Assembly (NCBI GenBank): GCA_038833255.1
Contig: JAWBIX010000003.1
Span: forward strand, 1 to 25,134
Direction: 5' to 3'
Length of the DNA stretch: 25,134 nucleotides
Source of the DNA: Nanopusillaceae archaeon
GTDB lineage: Archaea; Nanobdellota; Nanobdellia; Nanobdellales; Nanobdellaceae
Below the pieces are notes generated by a model. That model saw only the letters and a program-made list of their open reading frames with translations, was not told where the DNA came from and made no database searches. The translations under genes and the position numbers were made by a program. Positions 1 through 8,166 of the stretch are shown in pieces; the stretch's first letter is position 1, and the number at the start of each line of letters is the position of its first letter.

Positions 1-1061
1 GCATCTCTTGTAAAATGTGGTATTTTTCCATCTTTTTTAACTTCTTGAGCTACAAATTGAGCAAATTTCTTAATATTTTCCTCATTAAATTCAATTTCAG
101 AATTCATTAAAATTTCATATCCATATCCTCTTATTCTAGATCTTAAAGCTGGATGTAAACGTCTTATTGTTTCTATATTTCCTGCAGCTACTAATACAAA
201 ATCTGCTGGAGCTGGAGTTGATCTAACCATAGAACCTGCACTTCTTTCAGATCTTCCATATATTGGATATTTTTTTTCTTGAAGTACTGTTAATAATTCT
301 ATCTGTACTTCCGGTCTTAATGTACCAATTTCGTCTACAAACAAAACACCACCATGTGCCTTATGTATTGCTCCAGCAACAACTCTTTGATGCGCTGGGG
401 TTTCAAGACCACCAGATTGAAAAGGATCATGCAAAACATCTCCAAATAACATTCCCTCATGCGCCCCTGTAGCATCTATAAAAGGAACTGAATTTTTATC
501 TGAATTGTCAATTAATAATTTAGGTATCCTTTTGTAAATTTGCTTTTGAAGAGCTTGAAAAGAAAAAGATAGTCCAGCAAACAATATCATTGAACCTATA
601 AAAGTAGCTGCTGCCATTATCATATTGCCAATATTATAAAAATACCATGGCATTAAAATTGCAATAATTAATATTATATAATAGTATATTTTGTATATTT
701 TCATTCTTTCCTCTTCTCTATTTCTAGCCTCTTCAACTATCTTTTTACCTTGTCCTGCAGATACTGTAACAATAATGGGTTGATATTCGTCTTTTGGATT
801 TGGATAAACTAAAAAGTCTTGCAAATTTTTTACATATTCTTTGTTTTCGGATAATAATTCTGCTAATGCTTGAGCTACCATAGATTTTCCTGTTCCCGGA
901 TCTCCAATAAGTAATAAATGTCTTCTTTGGGCTGCAACTTTTTTTATTATTTCAATAACATGATCTTGACCTATTATTTGATCTATTATTTTTTCTGGAA
1001 CTTTTATTTCTTCTGTAGTATTAAAATTTAATATTTTTGTTAAATCTGTATTATTACTCAT
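1..1061 (-). CDS. lonB: Archaeal membrane-bound Lon protease (LonB). N-terminal AAA+ part only; the 3' end runs off the window
   Basis: Not in the ORF track because no stop lies in the window. Reverse-strand translation from ATG (cat at 1059-1061) reads [61 protein letters not shown] (Walker A). A hydrophobic insert follows ([40 protein letters not shown]), then [11 protein letters not shown] (Walker B) and [13 protein letters not shown] insert between Walker A and B is the LonB hallmark. The 263..472 + ORF is antisense noise inside it. Confidence 0.88.
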   Translation of the reverse strand, partial: MSNNTDLTKILNFNTTEEIKVPEKIIDQIIGQDHVIEIIKKVAAQRRHLLLIGDPGTGKSMVAQALAELLSENKEYVKNLQDFLVYPNPKDEYQPIIVTVSAGQGKKIVEEARNREEERMKIYKIYYYIILIIAILMPWYFYNIGNMIMAAATFIGSMILFAGLSFSFQALQKQIYKRIPKLLIDNSDKNSVPFIDATGAHEGMLFGDVLHDPFQSGGLETPAHQRVVAGAIHKAHGGVLFVDEIGTLRPEVQIELLTVLQEKKYPIYGRSERSAGSMVRSTPAPADFVLVAAGNIETIRRLHPALRSRIRGYGYEILMNSEIEFNEENIKKFAQFVAQEVKKDGKIPHFTRD

Positions 1062-1114
1062 AATTTTTGATTTATACGTAAAAATTAAAAATTAGAAATT
1101 TTAAAAAATATTGT

Positions 1115-1900
1115 ATGTTATGTAAAAAAATTATTTTATATTTAATCATTTTAGCTTTTTTCCTTTCATTTGATAAATGGTATACAATAGAAATAGGATT
1201 ACTTAACTTTATTTTTGCATCAATTTATGCTATAATTGCTTTTATTATATTAAAAGCAGCATATAATTTGATTGCTTCTTATTATGGTCTTGTTGTAGAT
1301 TTTGATTTATTAGAAATAGAAAAAACAATAAAAAAATATGATCATATAAAAAAGGAAGTTATTGAAAAAAAGAAAAAGCATAATTTAAGTTATTTTTTAA
1401 CTTTTATAATTGGTTTTCTATCTGCAGGATATGTAATTCCAATTCTTTTTTCTTTAGATTTTATAGTTATAGAAAGTAAAAGATTAGGAAAATCTAAAAG
1501 TCTAGATGTTACATATTCTGAAAAAGCAAAAATTGTCTTTTTGAGCACAATTTTTGTTTGGATACTATTTTCAATATTAAAATATTTATCGTCCTTTGGA
1601 GCAATATTGTTCGGTTTTGTACATTACATGTATAAATTCTTATTTTATTACACAATATCTTCTATAATACCATTCTGTTTAGCTTTAACAAAAATATTAT
1701 CAAAGATGGGATATAGATACTTAAAAATATCTATTGGCGATATTTATTTAATGACTAAAAAACCATTTTTAATAGCATCAACAATAACCTTGCTATTTTT
1801 ATCTATATTTTCTTTAATACTTCATCCTTTACTTTTGATATTTGCTTCAATAATAATTTATTCTGTAGTTTGGTTAAGAAAATATGTTGAAACTATTTAG
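1115..1900 (+). CDS. Hypothetical polytopic membrane protein (261 aa)
   Basis: Long ORF with several hydrophobic segments separated by K/E-rich loops. It is divergent from lonB across a 53-bp spacer. No family motif recognised. Confidence 0.6.
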   Translation: MLCKKIILYLIILAFFLSFDKWYTIEIGLLNFIFASIYAIIAFIILKAAYNLIASYYGLVVDFDLLEIEKTIKKYDHIKKEVIEKKKKHNLSYFLTFIIGFLSAGYVIPILFSLDFIVIESKRLGKSKSLDVTYSEKAKIVFLSTIFVWILFSILKYLSSFGAILFGFVHYMYKFLFYYTISSIIPFCLALTKILSKMGYRYLKISIGDIYLMTKKPFLIASTITLLFLSIFSLILHPLLLIFASIIIYSVVWLRKYVETI

Positions 1901-1913
1901 ATACTAATCTTCT

Positions 1914-2177
1914 ATGTATAAATTATTAAATTTAATAGATATACTTTTTTCAATTTATTGTTTTTGGAGAATTCACCTATTATTTCCTATAATTTATATA
2001 TTCTCTATAAAAACATTTACCTTTCTAATTTTATCCTCAAAAAACTTCTTTAGTAAAGTAAATTTTTTGAATATTTTAGATTTATTGTCATTAATTGTTT
2101 TAATTTTAGATATTAAAATATTAATATTCTTTTTTGCTTCATATTTACTGGCAAAATCTTTAATAACTTTATTTTAA
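1914..2177 (+). CDS. Possible small membrane protein (87 aa). Weak call
   Basis: ORF begins 14 nt after the previous gene and has 2-3 hydrophobic stretches. F/I/L/K/N-rich ORFs arise easily by chance in DNA this AT-rich, and no motif was recognised. Confidence 0.3.
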   Translation: MYKLLNLIDILFSIYCFWRIHLLFPIIYIFSIKTFTFLILSSKNFFSKVNFLNILDLLSLIVLILDIKILIFFFASYLLAKSLITLF

Positions 2178-2271
2178 ATAGTTTCTTGTAGATAAAATTT
2201 TATTAATATTTATAATTTCTTTTTTCACCTTTAAGTAAATTAATTCTAATTAATATTTTAAAAATTAAAGA

Positions 2272-2278
2272 TTTATAA
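2272..2278 (+). promoter_or_regulatory. TATA-like box (TTTATAA) for tfb, implying a leaderless mRNA
   Basis: The heptamer is centred at 2275, exactly 26 nt upstream of the tfb ATG (2301). Archaeal TATA boxes sit about 26-27 nt upstream of the transcription start site. The AT-rich background lowers specificity. Confidence 0.4.
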
Positions 2279-2300
2279 GAATTAAATTTATAAATTTTAA

Positions 2301-3230
2301 ATGGCCCAAAAACTTGTCAAAGATGAAAAAAAGGTATGTCCTATATGTGGAAATACAGAATTTGTATTTAATCCAAAAACATCAGAATTGATATGTACTA
2401 AGTGTGGGTATGTATTAGATACAGTATTATACTTAGGAAAAGAATGGAGAACAATGGAAGAAAGAGAAGATTCCGAAAGATCTAGAACTGGCAGCGCAAT
2501 AAGATATTCTAACATTGCCAGTTCATTAATAACAGAAATAGGAGAATCTGAAAGTAAAAGCATTGAAGAAAGAATATTATCAAGAAAGTTAAAAAGATGG
2601 CAACAAAGATCTACTAGCTCTTATGAGAGAAATTTAAAATTAGCACAACAAGAATTAAAAAGACTTTCCTCTTTCTTACAATTGCCAAGACAGGTTGAAG
2701 AAACAGCTTTAAAATTATATTTAACTGCAGTAGAAAAAGGTTTAATTAGAGGAAGATCTATAGAAGCTGTAATTGCAGCTTGTGTATATATAGCATGCAG
2801 AATGCATGATGTTGCTAGAACAATGGATGAGATAGTTAAAGCTTCTGGAATTCATAAAAAAGAATTAGGAAGAACATATAAGCATCTTACACATACATTA
2901 AAAATAAAAATAATGCCAATAGATGTTGTAGAATACGTTCACAGATTTTCTTCAATATTAAATTTACCACCAGAAGTTACTGCAACTGCTGTAGAGCTTG
3001 TAGAGAAAGCAAAAAATTTAGATATAACAGCAGGAAGAGGTCCTTCAGGAATAGCTGCCGCTGCAATTTATATTGCCTGTGTAAAGCATGGAATTTCTAA
3101 AACCCAAAAAGAAATTGCGGAAGTTGCCGGAATAACCGAAGTGACAATTAGAAATAGATATAAAGAGTTAATAGAAAAACTTGGATTAAAAGAAATTGAA
3201 GAAAAATTACATAAAGAAGAAGAAGAATAA
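2301..3230 (+). CDS. tfb: Transcription initiation factor IIB (TFB)
   Basis: N-terminal Zn ribbon CPICG...CTKCG, followed by two cyclin-like repeats (RGRSIEAVIAACVYIACR and GRGPSGIAAAAIYIAC). 309 aa is typical for the family. Confidence 0.95.
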   Translation: MAQKLVKDEKKVCPICGNTEFVFNPKTSELICTKCGYVLDTVLYLGKEWRTMEEREDSERSRTGSAIRYSNIASSLITEIGESESKSIEERILSRKLKRWQQRSTSSYERNLKLAQQELKRLSSFLQLPRQVEETALKLYLTAVEKGLIRGRSIEAVIAACVYIACRMHDVARTMDEIVKASGIHKKELGRTYKHLTHTLKIKIMPIDVVEYVHRFSSILNLPPEVTATAVELVEKAKNLDITAGRGPSGIAAAAIYIACVKHGISKTQKEIAEVAGITEVTIRNRYKELIEKLGLKEIEEKLHKEEEE

Positions 3231-3232
3231 AA

Positions 3233-3514
3233 TTGATACCAAGCTATAGAATTAAAAAAAGGTATATTTTAGTAGAACACATTCCTGACTTAGAAGAGAA
3301 AATAAGAGAAAAGTATATTTATTTTTTTGGATTTTTTAATTTTTCTAAAGCAAAGATAAAAGTTATATTTAGTAATGATAAATTTGATCTTATTTCAATA
3401 AATAGAAAATGTATTTATAAATTAATTTTTGTTTTATATTTCTTAAAATCAAGGATTTTAAAAATTTACAAAACAATAAAGGAATTTAAAAAGGAATATA
3501 ATTTATCTTTTTAA
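3233..3514 (+). CDS. rnp2: RNase P protein component 2 (Pop5/Rpp14-like), TTG start
   Basis: Block-by-block resemblance to archaeal Pop5. YRIKKRYILVEH matches LRDKKRYIAFKV. FGFFNFSKAKIKVIF matches LGELGTAKAKPWLIKF. DLISINRKCIYKLIFVLYFL matches GIIRCDRNHVYDVIFSLTLV. It also sits immediately upstream of psmA, the conserved position in the archaeal exosome/proteasome superoperon. At 93 aa it is short for the family. Confidence 0.65.
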   Translation: MIPSYRIKKRYILVEHIPDLEEKIREKYIYFFGFFNFSKAKIKVIFSNDKFDLISINRKCIYKLIFVLYFLKSRILKIYKTIKEFKKEYNLSF

Positions 3515-3537
3515 AAATTTTTAATATTGTATCTTTC

Positions 3538-4254
3538 ATGGAATTTGAAGTACCATATCCTGTAGCTGGTTATGATAGAGCAATTACCATATTTTCTCCG
3601 GAAGGAAGAATATTACAAGTAGAATATGCAAAACAGGCTGCCAGATCCGGATCAACAGCTATAGGAATTAGGGCTAAAGATGGTGTTGTAATAGTTGCTG
3701 ACAAAAAAGTTCCTAATAAATTAATTGTTGGAGATTCTATAGAAAAAGTAATTGTTATTGATGATCATATAATTTCTTCATTTGCTGGATTTATTCCAGA
3801 TGGAAGAGTTTTATTAGATGCCGCAAGGGAAATATCGCAAATTCATAAAATTAATTTTGGAAATAAAATAGATCTTCTATCTCTAGTTAGAGAAATTGGA
3901 AATATAATGCAATATTATACAAGATATAGTGGTGTAAGACCATTTGGAGTTTCTATTATTATTGCTGGAATAGACAATGATGATACACCAAAAATATTTT
4001 CTATGGATCCTTCAGGAATTTATTATCAATATTATGCTATAGTAATAGGAGAGGGGGAAGAAAAAATAATGCAAGCTTTAGAGAAAGAATATAGGCAAGA
4101 TATTACTGTTGATGAAGCAATAAAATTAGGAATAAATTTATTAAAAAACCATTTAAAAGATAATTTTACATTCGAAAGAATTGTAGTTGGTTATATAAAA
4201 ATTGGTGAAAAACCAGTAATTATTGAAGGTGAAAAAGTAAAAGATTTGTTATGA
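3538..4254 (+). CDS. psmA: Proteasome subunit alpha
   Basis: Signature N-terminus YDRAITIFSPEGRILQVEYA, and a 238-aa length typical for the family. A T5A5 TATA-like element (3508-3517) lies about 26 nt upstream and overlaps the Pop5 stop codon. Confidence 0.95.
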   Translation: MEFEVPYPVAGYDRAITIFSPEGRILQVEYAKQAARSGSTAIGIRAKDGVVIVADKKVPNKLIVGDSIEKVIVIDDHIISSFAGFIPDGRVLLDAAREISQIHKINFGNKIDLLSLVREIGNIMQYYTRYSGVRPFGVSIIIAGIDNDDTPKIFSMDPSGIYYQYYAIVIGEGEEKIMQALEKEYRQDITVDEAIKLGINLLKNHLKDNFTFERIVVGYIKIGEKPVIIEGEKVKDLL

Positions 4255-4931
4255 ATTCCGTAGTAATTGCAAGATATAATAAAGGAGGATATAATTTTGA
4301 GATATATGTAGATTTAGAAAAAGCTATTTTATTTAAAGAAGGTAAAATAAAAAATATAGAAGAAGTGTTAAAAGTACATGAGATTTTTAAAGATGCTAAA
4401 AAAGGAGAAAGGGTATCTTCAGAGATTTTAAAAAAGATTTTTGGAAAAGACGATATATTAGAAATTTCAAAAGAAATAATTCTTAATGGAGAAATACAAA
4501 TAACGACTGAATATAGAAGAAAACTCGTTGAAGAAAAGAAAAAACAAGTAATAGAATATATAAGGAGGATTTCTATAGATCCTAGAACTAACGCTCCTTT
4601 TACTTACCAAAGAATAGAGGAGATGATAAAAGATATCAAATATAGTTTTGATCCATATAAACCGGCAGAAAAACAAGCTGAAGAAATAATAAAAGAATTA
4701 AAGAAAAAATATCCAATTAAAATAGAGATAAAAAGAGTACTTGTAAAAATACCATTAAATAAATTAAAAATTGTGGGTATTATAAAAAAGAAATATGGAA
4801 TTGTAGAAGAAAAATATGAAGATTTTTGGATTGGATTATTTGATATTCCCGTCGCATTATATTCTGAATTTGTATCAGATATTTCAAAGTTATCTGAAGG
4901 AGAAGCAGAGATTGTAGAAATAAAAAAATAA
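4251..4931 (+). CDS. sdo1: SBDS/Sdo1-family ribosome maturation protein
   Basis: VIARYNKGGYNFEIYVD...FKEGK...EIFKDAKKGERVS...NGEIQITTEYRRKLVEEKKKQVIEYI matches the archaeal SBDS pattern. It shares an ATGA overlap with the psmA stop (4251-4254). Confidence 0.9.
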   Translation: MNSVVIARYNKGGYNFEIYVDLEKAILFKEGKIKNIEEVLKVHEIFKDAKKGERVSSEILKKIFGKDDILEISKEIILNGEIQITTEYRRKLVEEKKKQVIEYIRRISIDPRTNAPFTYQRIEEMIKDIKYSFDPYKPAEKQAEEIIKELKKKYPIKIEIKRVLVKIPLNKLKIVGIIKKKYGIVEEKYEDFWIGLFDIPVALYSEFVSDISKLSEGEAEIVEIKK

Positions 4932-4932
4932 T

Positions 4933-5505
4933 CTATTTCTTTTCTTCTTTTCCCGAACTTAATGCCATAATTGCTAAACCTAAAATAACAAACAAAAACG
5001 GAATTATTAATATCTCTGCTCTAAAAATATATAAAAATAGATCATAAATACCAGCAGTTTCCTCTACTCTACCATATGCCAAAGGAGATAATACATCCAT
5101 GTAGGCAAAATAAAAGCTGATAAATATAAAAGTTACTAAAAATAGTAAAATTGCGATAAATATATTTCTCATACCAGTATCTGATATTGTTGGCTTCTTT
5201 TCAGTAACAAAGATAAAGATTGCAAAAGCAAATAATAAAATTATAGACATAGAAGAAAGCAATGCCAAAAAATAGGAAAACATATAAGATATTCTATAAA
5301 CATACGATGCCAATATTGCAATACATATAGCAAGAAAAGTAGAAATTGTATTTATTTTTTTATCATCTAAAATATCCTTAGAAAATCTTTTTAACAAATT
5401 AAAAGATAAAACATAAAATACTAAAGCTATAAATATAATTGAAAATACATAATATATACCAATTTTTTGAAAAAGATTAACTATAAATTCTGAAAAGGTA
5501 GTCAT
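4933..5505 (-). CDS. Hypothetical polytopic membrane protein (190 aa), last gene of the glycogen-synthase transcription unit
   Basis: About 5 hydrophobic segments. It starts 11 nt downstream of the GT3 glycogen synthase stop on the same strand. No motif recognised. Confidence 0.6.
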   Translation of the reverse strand: MTTFSEFIVNLFQKIGIYYVFSIIFIALVFYVLSFNLLKRFSKDILDDKKINTISTFLAICIAILASYVYRISYMFSYFLALLSSMSIILLFAFAIFIFVTEKKPTISDTGMRNIFIAILLFLVTFIFISFYFAYMDVLSPLAYGRVEETAGIYDLFLYIFRAEILIIPFLFVILGLAIMALSSGKEEKK

Positions 5506-5516
5506 AATATTACTAT

Positions 5517-7199
5517 CTATTGCAAATTATTTAATGTTTCATATATATGAATATATTCGTTTATTTCATTTTTCCAATCATAAAACTTTGCTATGTTGTA
5601 AATTTCCTTTTTAGCTTCTAAATATTTTTCAAATTCTAAACTAGAAATAAATAAAATAAAATCTTTTATTTTTTCTAATTCATCATTGAAATTATCTATA
5701 TCTACAAGTAAAATATATTTGCTTTCTAAATTTTTATTTTTTAAAGATAATGAAAATCCAGTTTTATTAGATATAATTGTTGGAATACCATAATAAACGT
5801 TTTCTAATGCAGTATAACCAAAAGGCTCGTATCTAGATAAAAAAATCCCAATATCAAATCCTCTTAAAATTTTTTCTTTAGGCAAATTAAATATTATATC
5901 TTGGCCTATATAAATTGGTGCATATACTACTTTTACTTTATCTTTTTCCTCATTATCTAAACCAGATTCTATTAATTTATTTAAAATTATGTCAGTTTTT
6001 TCATATAAATCATGGGTCACTATACTTGGTTTACTATTTTTAGAGATTTTTGGTAAATAGTCCTCAAATAGCTGCTTTATTTTATCATATTCTCTTCTTA
6101 TTAAATGTTTAATTATCTCTGTTTTTTCGGATTCAAAAAATTCTTTTAAGAATAAATAACTGTTATATAATTTTAAAACATTCCCAGATATTCCAGAAAC
6201 TCCGGTTGGAATAAACAAAAATAAAATTATATTTTTATTTATGTCAGATTTATTTAAATATTTCATTAAATCAATTATAAGATCTATTCCTTTATTATAA
6301 AATTCGTATCTACCAATTGTATACATAAAAATTGTATTTTTTAGATCTATTTCATAATAAGGCATGAAATACCATAAAATAAATTCTTCTAACCATTTTC
6401 TTGAAATAAGAAATTCCTTTTTTATATCTCTTTCTTCTAAAGAAAGAGAATTATAAATTATTTTATCTGGTTTTCTTCCTAAAAATTTTTCAGATTCTAT
6501 AGACAATATTTCAGATACTGTTGTAAATACATCACAATACTTTGCTGTATTTTTTTCCATTTGGTGTTTATAATGGATATTTAAACTATATGCTTCCTTA
6601 TCCGCATCAATTTTATCGATTATTTTCATAACATCTATGTTTTTAGATGACAAAGTTCTTCCTATAACCGTTCCATGTGTTGTAAAAATTGTTTTATAAT
6701 TTAGTTTTTTTGCTTTTATATAAAGTATCGTTCCTCCAGAAAGCCATTCATGAGCATGCAATATTTTATTAAAATTATATATTTTATCTAATTCTTCTAA
6801 AAAAATTCCAACGGCTACAGACCATGCAAACGGCTCATCATACGTATAATCCGAATTAAGAGAATCTATCTGATACCATTCCCAATATTTATACTTCCAA
6901 TAGTTTATTTCCCTTTTAAAAAAATCGTAAAACTCTATTAAAAATACCTTTGGTTTTCCTCTAATATCCCAATATCCATAATGTAACAAAATTCCTCTAT
7001 TCAATAAATTTTTATATATTTGTTCAAGTTCGAAAGGTATGTCTTCCTCAACAAATTCAATTATGTTTTTTTTATAAGGACCAATTAAAAAATAATCATT
7101 TCCATATTTTTTTACTAGATGTTCTGCTTTAGAACTTAAAACTGTATATATTCCGCCAACTTTATTACATACCTCCCAAGATTCTTCAAAAATCTTCAT
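5517..7199 (-). CDS. Glycogen(starch) synthase, eukaryote-type GT3 family
   Basis: Strong blockwise identity to animal/yeast glycogen synthase. [22 protein letters not shown]...YFLIGPY matches [22 protein letters not shown]...[16 protein letters not shown] matches [17 protein letters not shown] matches [33 protein letters not shown] matches [35 protein letters not shown] matches [24 protein letters not shown] matches SYYEPWGYTPAE. Confidence 0.92.
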   Translation of the reverse strand: [560 protein letters not shown]

Positions 7200-7876
7200 A
7201 AGAAAATTGAAATTATTTTTTCTAAGATAGAAACTTTTCTCTTTTCTCCAGTTATTAGACTAGACAGTTCATCTATTTCCTTTACTATTTTACCTCTATT
7301 TTTTAAATAAATTACAGGAATTCTATTATAGTTTATATTATCTATTTCTTTGTTAAAAGATATTATTGCTGAAATTTTCTTTCCAAATTTTCTTTCAATT
7401 AATTTAATTATTTCGCTATTTCCATTATATTTATTTAATATTAGTTTTGTTTTTCTTTTATCTAAAAGTTGGAAAAGATAATAATTAGAAAATATTGAAA
7501 AAATGTCTGGATTTAATATTAAGAAATTTATATCTGATATTTTTTCGAAAAATAAAATTGTTTCTAAATTATTTGGTAAATCAAATATTATATAATCGTA
7601 ATATCTTTTTAATAGTTCTATGTCTTTTTCAATTTCTTTAGGTAATGATTTTAATATTTTTAAATGAAAATATTTCAAAGGATAGATTCCATTATATAAA
7701 TGTTCCCCATATTCTTTAAGATTTGTTTTAGAAAACAACTTTGTAGAATAATTATTAAAATTAGAATCAACTAATAAAACCTTCTTATTATATTCTTTCT
7801 TTAAATATGCTGATAAATTTACAGAAATTGTTGTTTTTCCAACTCCTCCTTTTAAAGAAACTATATTTATTATCAT
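7196..7876 (-). CDS. ParA/MinD-family P-loop ATPase (deviant Walker A)
   Basis: N-terminus IINIVSLKGGVGKTTISVNLSAYL carries KGGxxGKT with the signature Lys. VLLVDSN is Walker A'. YDYIIFDLPNNL is Walker B, close to Soj YDYIIIDCPPSL. ATGA overlaps occur at both gene junctions (7196-7199 and 7873-7876). Confidence 0.85.
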   Translation of the reverse strand: MIINIVSLKGGVGKTTISVNLSAYLKKEYNKKVLLVDSNFNNYSTKLFSKTNLKEYGEHLYNGIYPLKYFHLKILKSLPKEIEKDIELLKRYYDYIIFDLPNNLETILFFEKISDINFLILNPDIFSIFSNYYLFQLLDKRKTKLILNKYNGNSEIIKLIERKFGKKISAIISFNKEIDNINYNRIPVIYLKNRGKIVKEIDELSSLITGEKRKVSILEKIISIFL

Positions 7877-8166
7877 ATTTCCTCTATAATCTCTTCTTTA
7901 TTAGCTTTAGTCTCACAAATAAAACTTTCTAAAATTTTGATCATTTCTTCTCTTCTATATACCCTTTTTATTTTTTCTGCTAAAACTTTTGAACCTATAG
8001 AATTTTTTATCCAATCAACAAAATGATTTGATTTTTCATTAACATGATATTTAAAACTTTCATCAGAACAAGTCATTAACCACAGTATCAAATCTTGGAG
8101 AGTATAGAGTTTTTGTCCATCAACAGTAATAAACGCCTCTTCCTCTTTTTTAACAAAATATCTCAT
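7873..8166 (-). CDS. Small hypothetical protein (97 aa), first gene of the ParA-like/glycogen synthase unit
   Basis: ORF translationally coupled to the ParA-like gene by an ATGA overlap. It contains LQDLILWL...SDESFKYHVNEKSNHFVDWIKNSIG..LAEKI and an acidic C-terminal tail. I vaguely recall this F-x-YH...N-x-F-x-x-WI pattern from uncharacterised small proteins or domains near glucan enzymes, but cannot name the family with confidence. Confidence 0.6.
   Translation of the reverse strand: MRYFVKKEEEAFITVDGQKLYTLQDLILWLMTCSDESFKYHVNEKSNHFVDWIKNSIGSKVLAEKIKRVYRREEMIKILESFICETKANKEEIIEEI

Noticed and set aside
263-472. 69-aa plus-strand ORF inside the lonB region.
   Set aside because: It is antisense to a well-supported LonB reading frame (Walker B region) and has an implausible His/Gln-rich composition.
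1901-2300. Possible structured ncRNA (for example RNase P RNA, SRP RNA or a C/D box sRNA) in the longest gene-poor stretch.
   Set aside because: The region is as AT-rich as its surroundings, whereas the bona fide structural RNAs here (tRNAs) are about 70 percent GC. No C box (RUGAUGA)/D box (CUGA) pairing or stable stems were seen by eye.
2297-2563. 88-aa minus-strand ORF opposite tfb. The same class includes the antisense ORFs at 4467-4676, 9554-9799, 13438-13782, 16135-16350, 16393-16626, 17565-17750, 17728-17979, 18463-18717, 21145-21444, 22121-22306 and 22288-22497.
   Set aside because: All lie entirely within, and antisense to, ORFs with strong family signatures. They are S/F/L/I-rich, as expected from the reverse complement of K/E/N-rich codons, and are treated as shadow ORFs.
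7196-7876. ParA-like gene read as part of a chromosome or plasmid partition (parAB) locus or a mobile element.
   Set aside because: No ParB/RHH/CBP gene, no centromere-like repeats, and no replication or integrase genes lie nearby. The gene is embedded by ATGA overlaps in a glycogen synthase unit.
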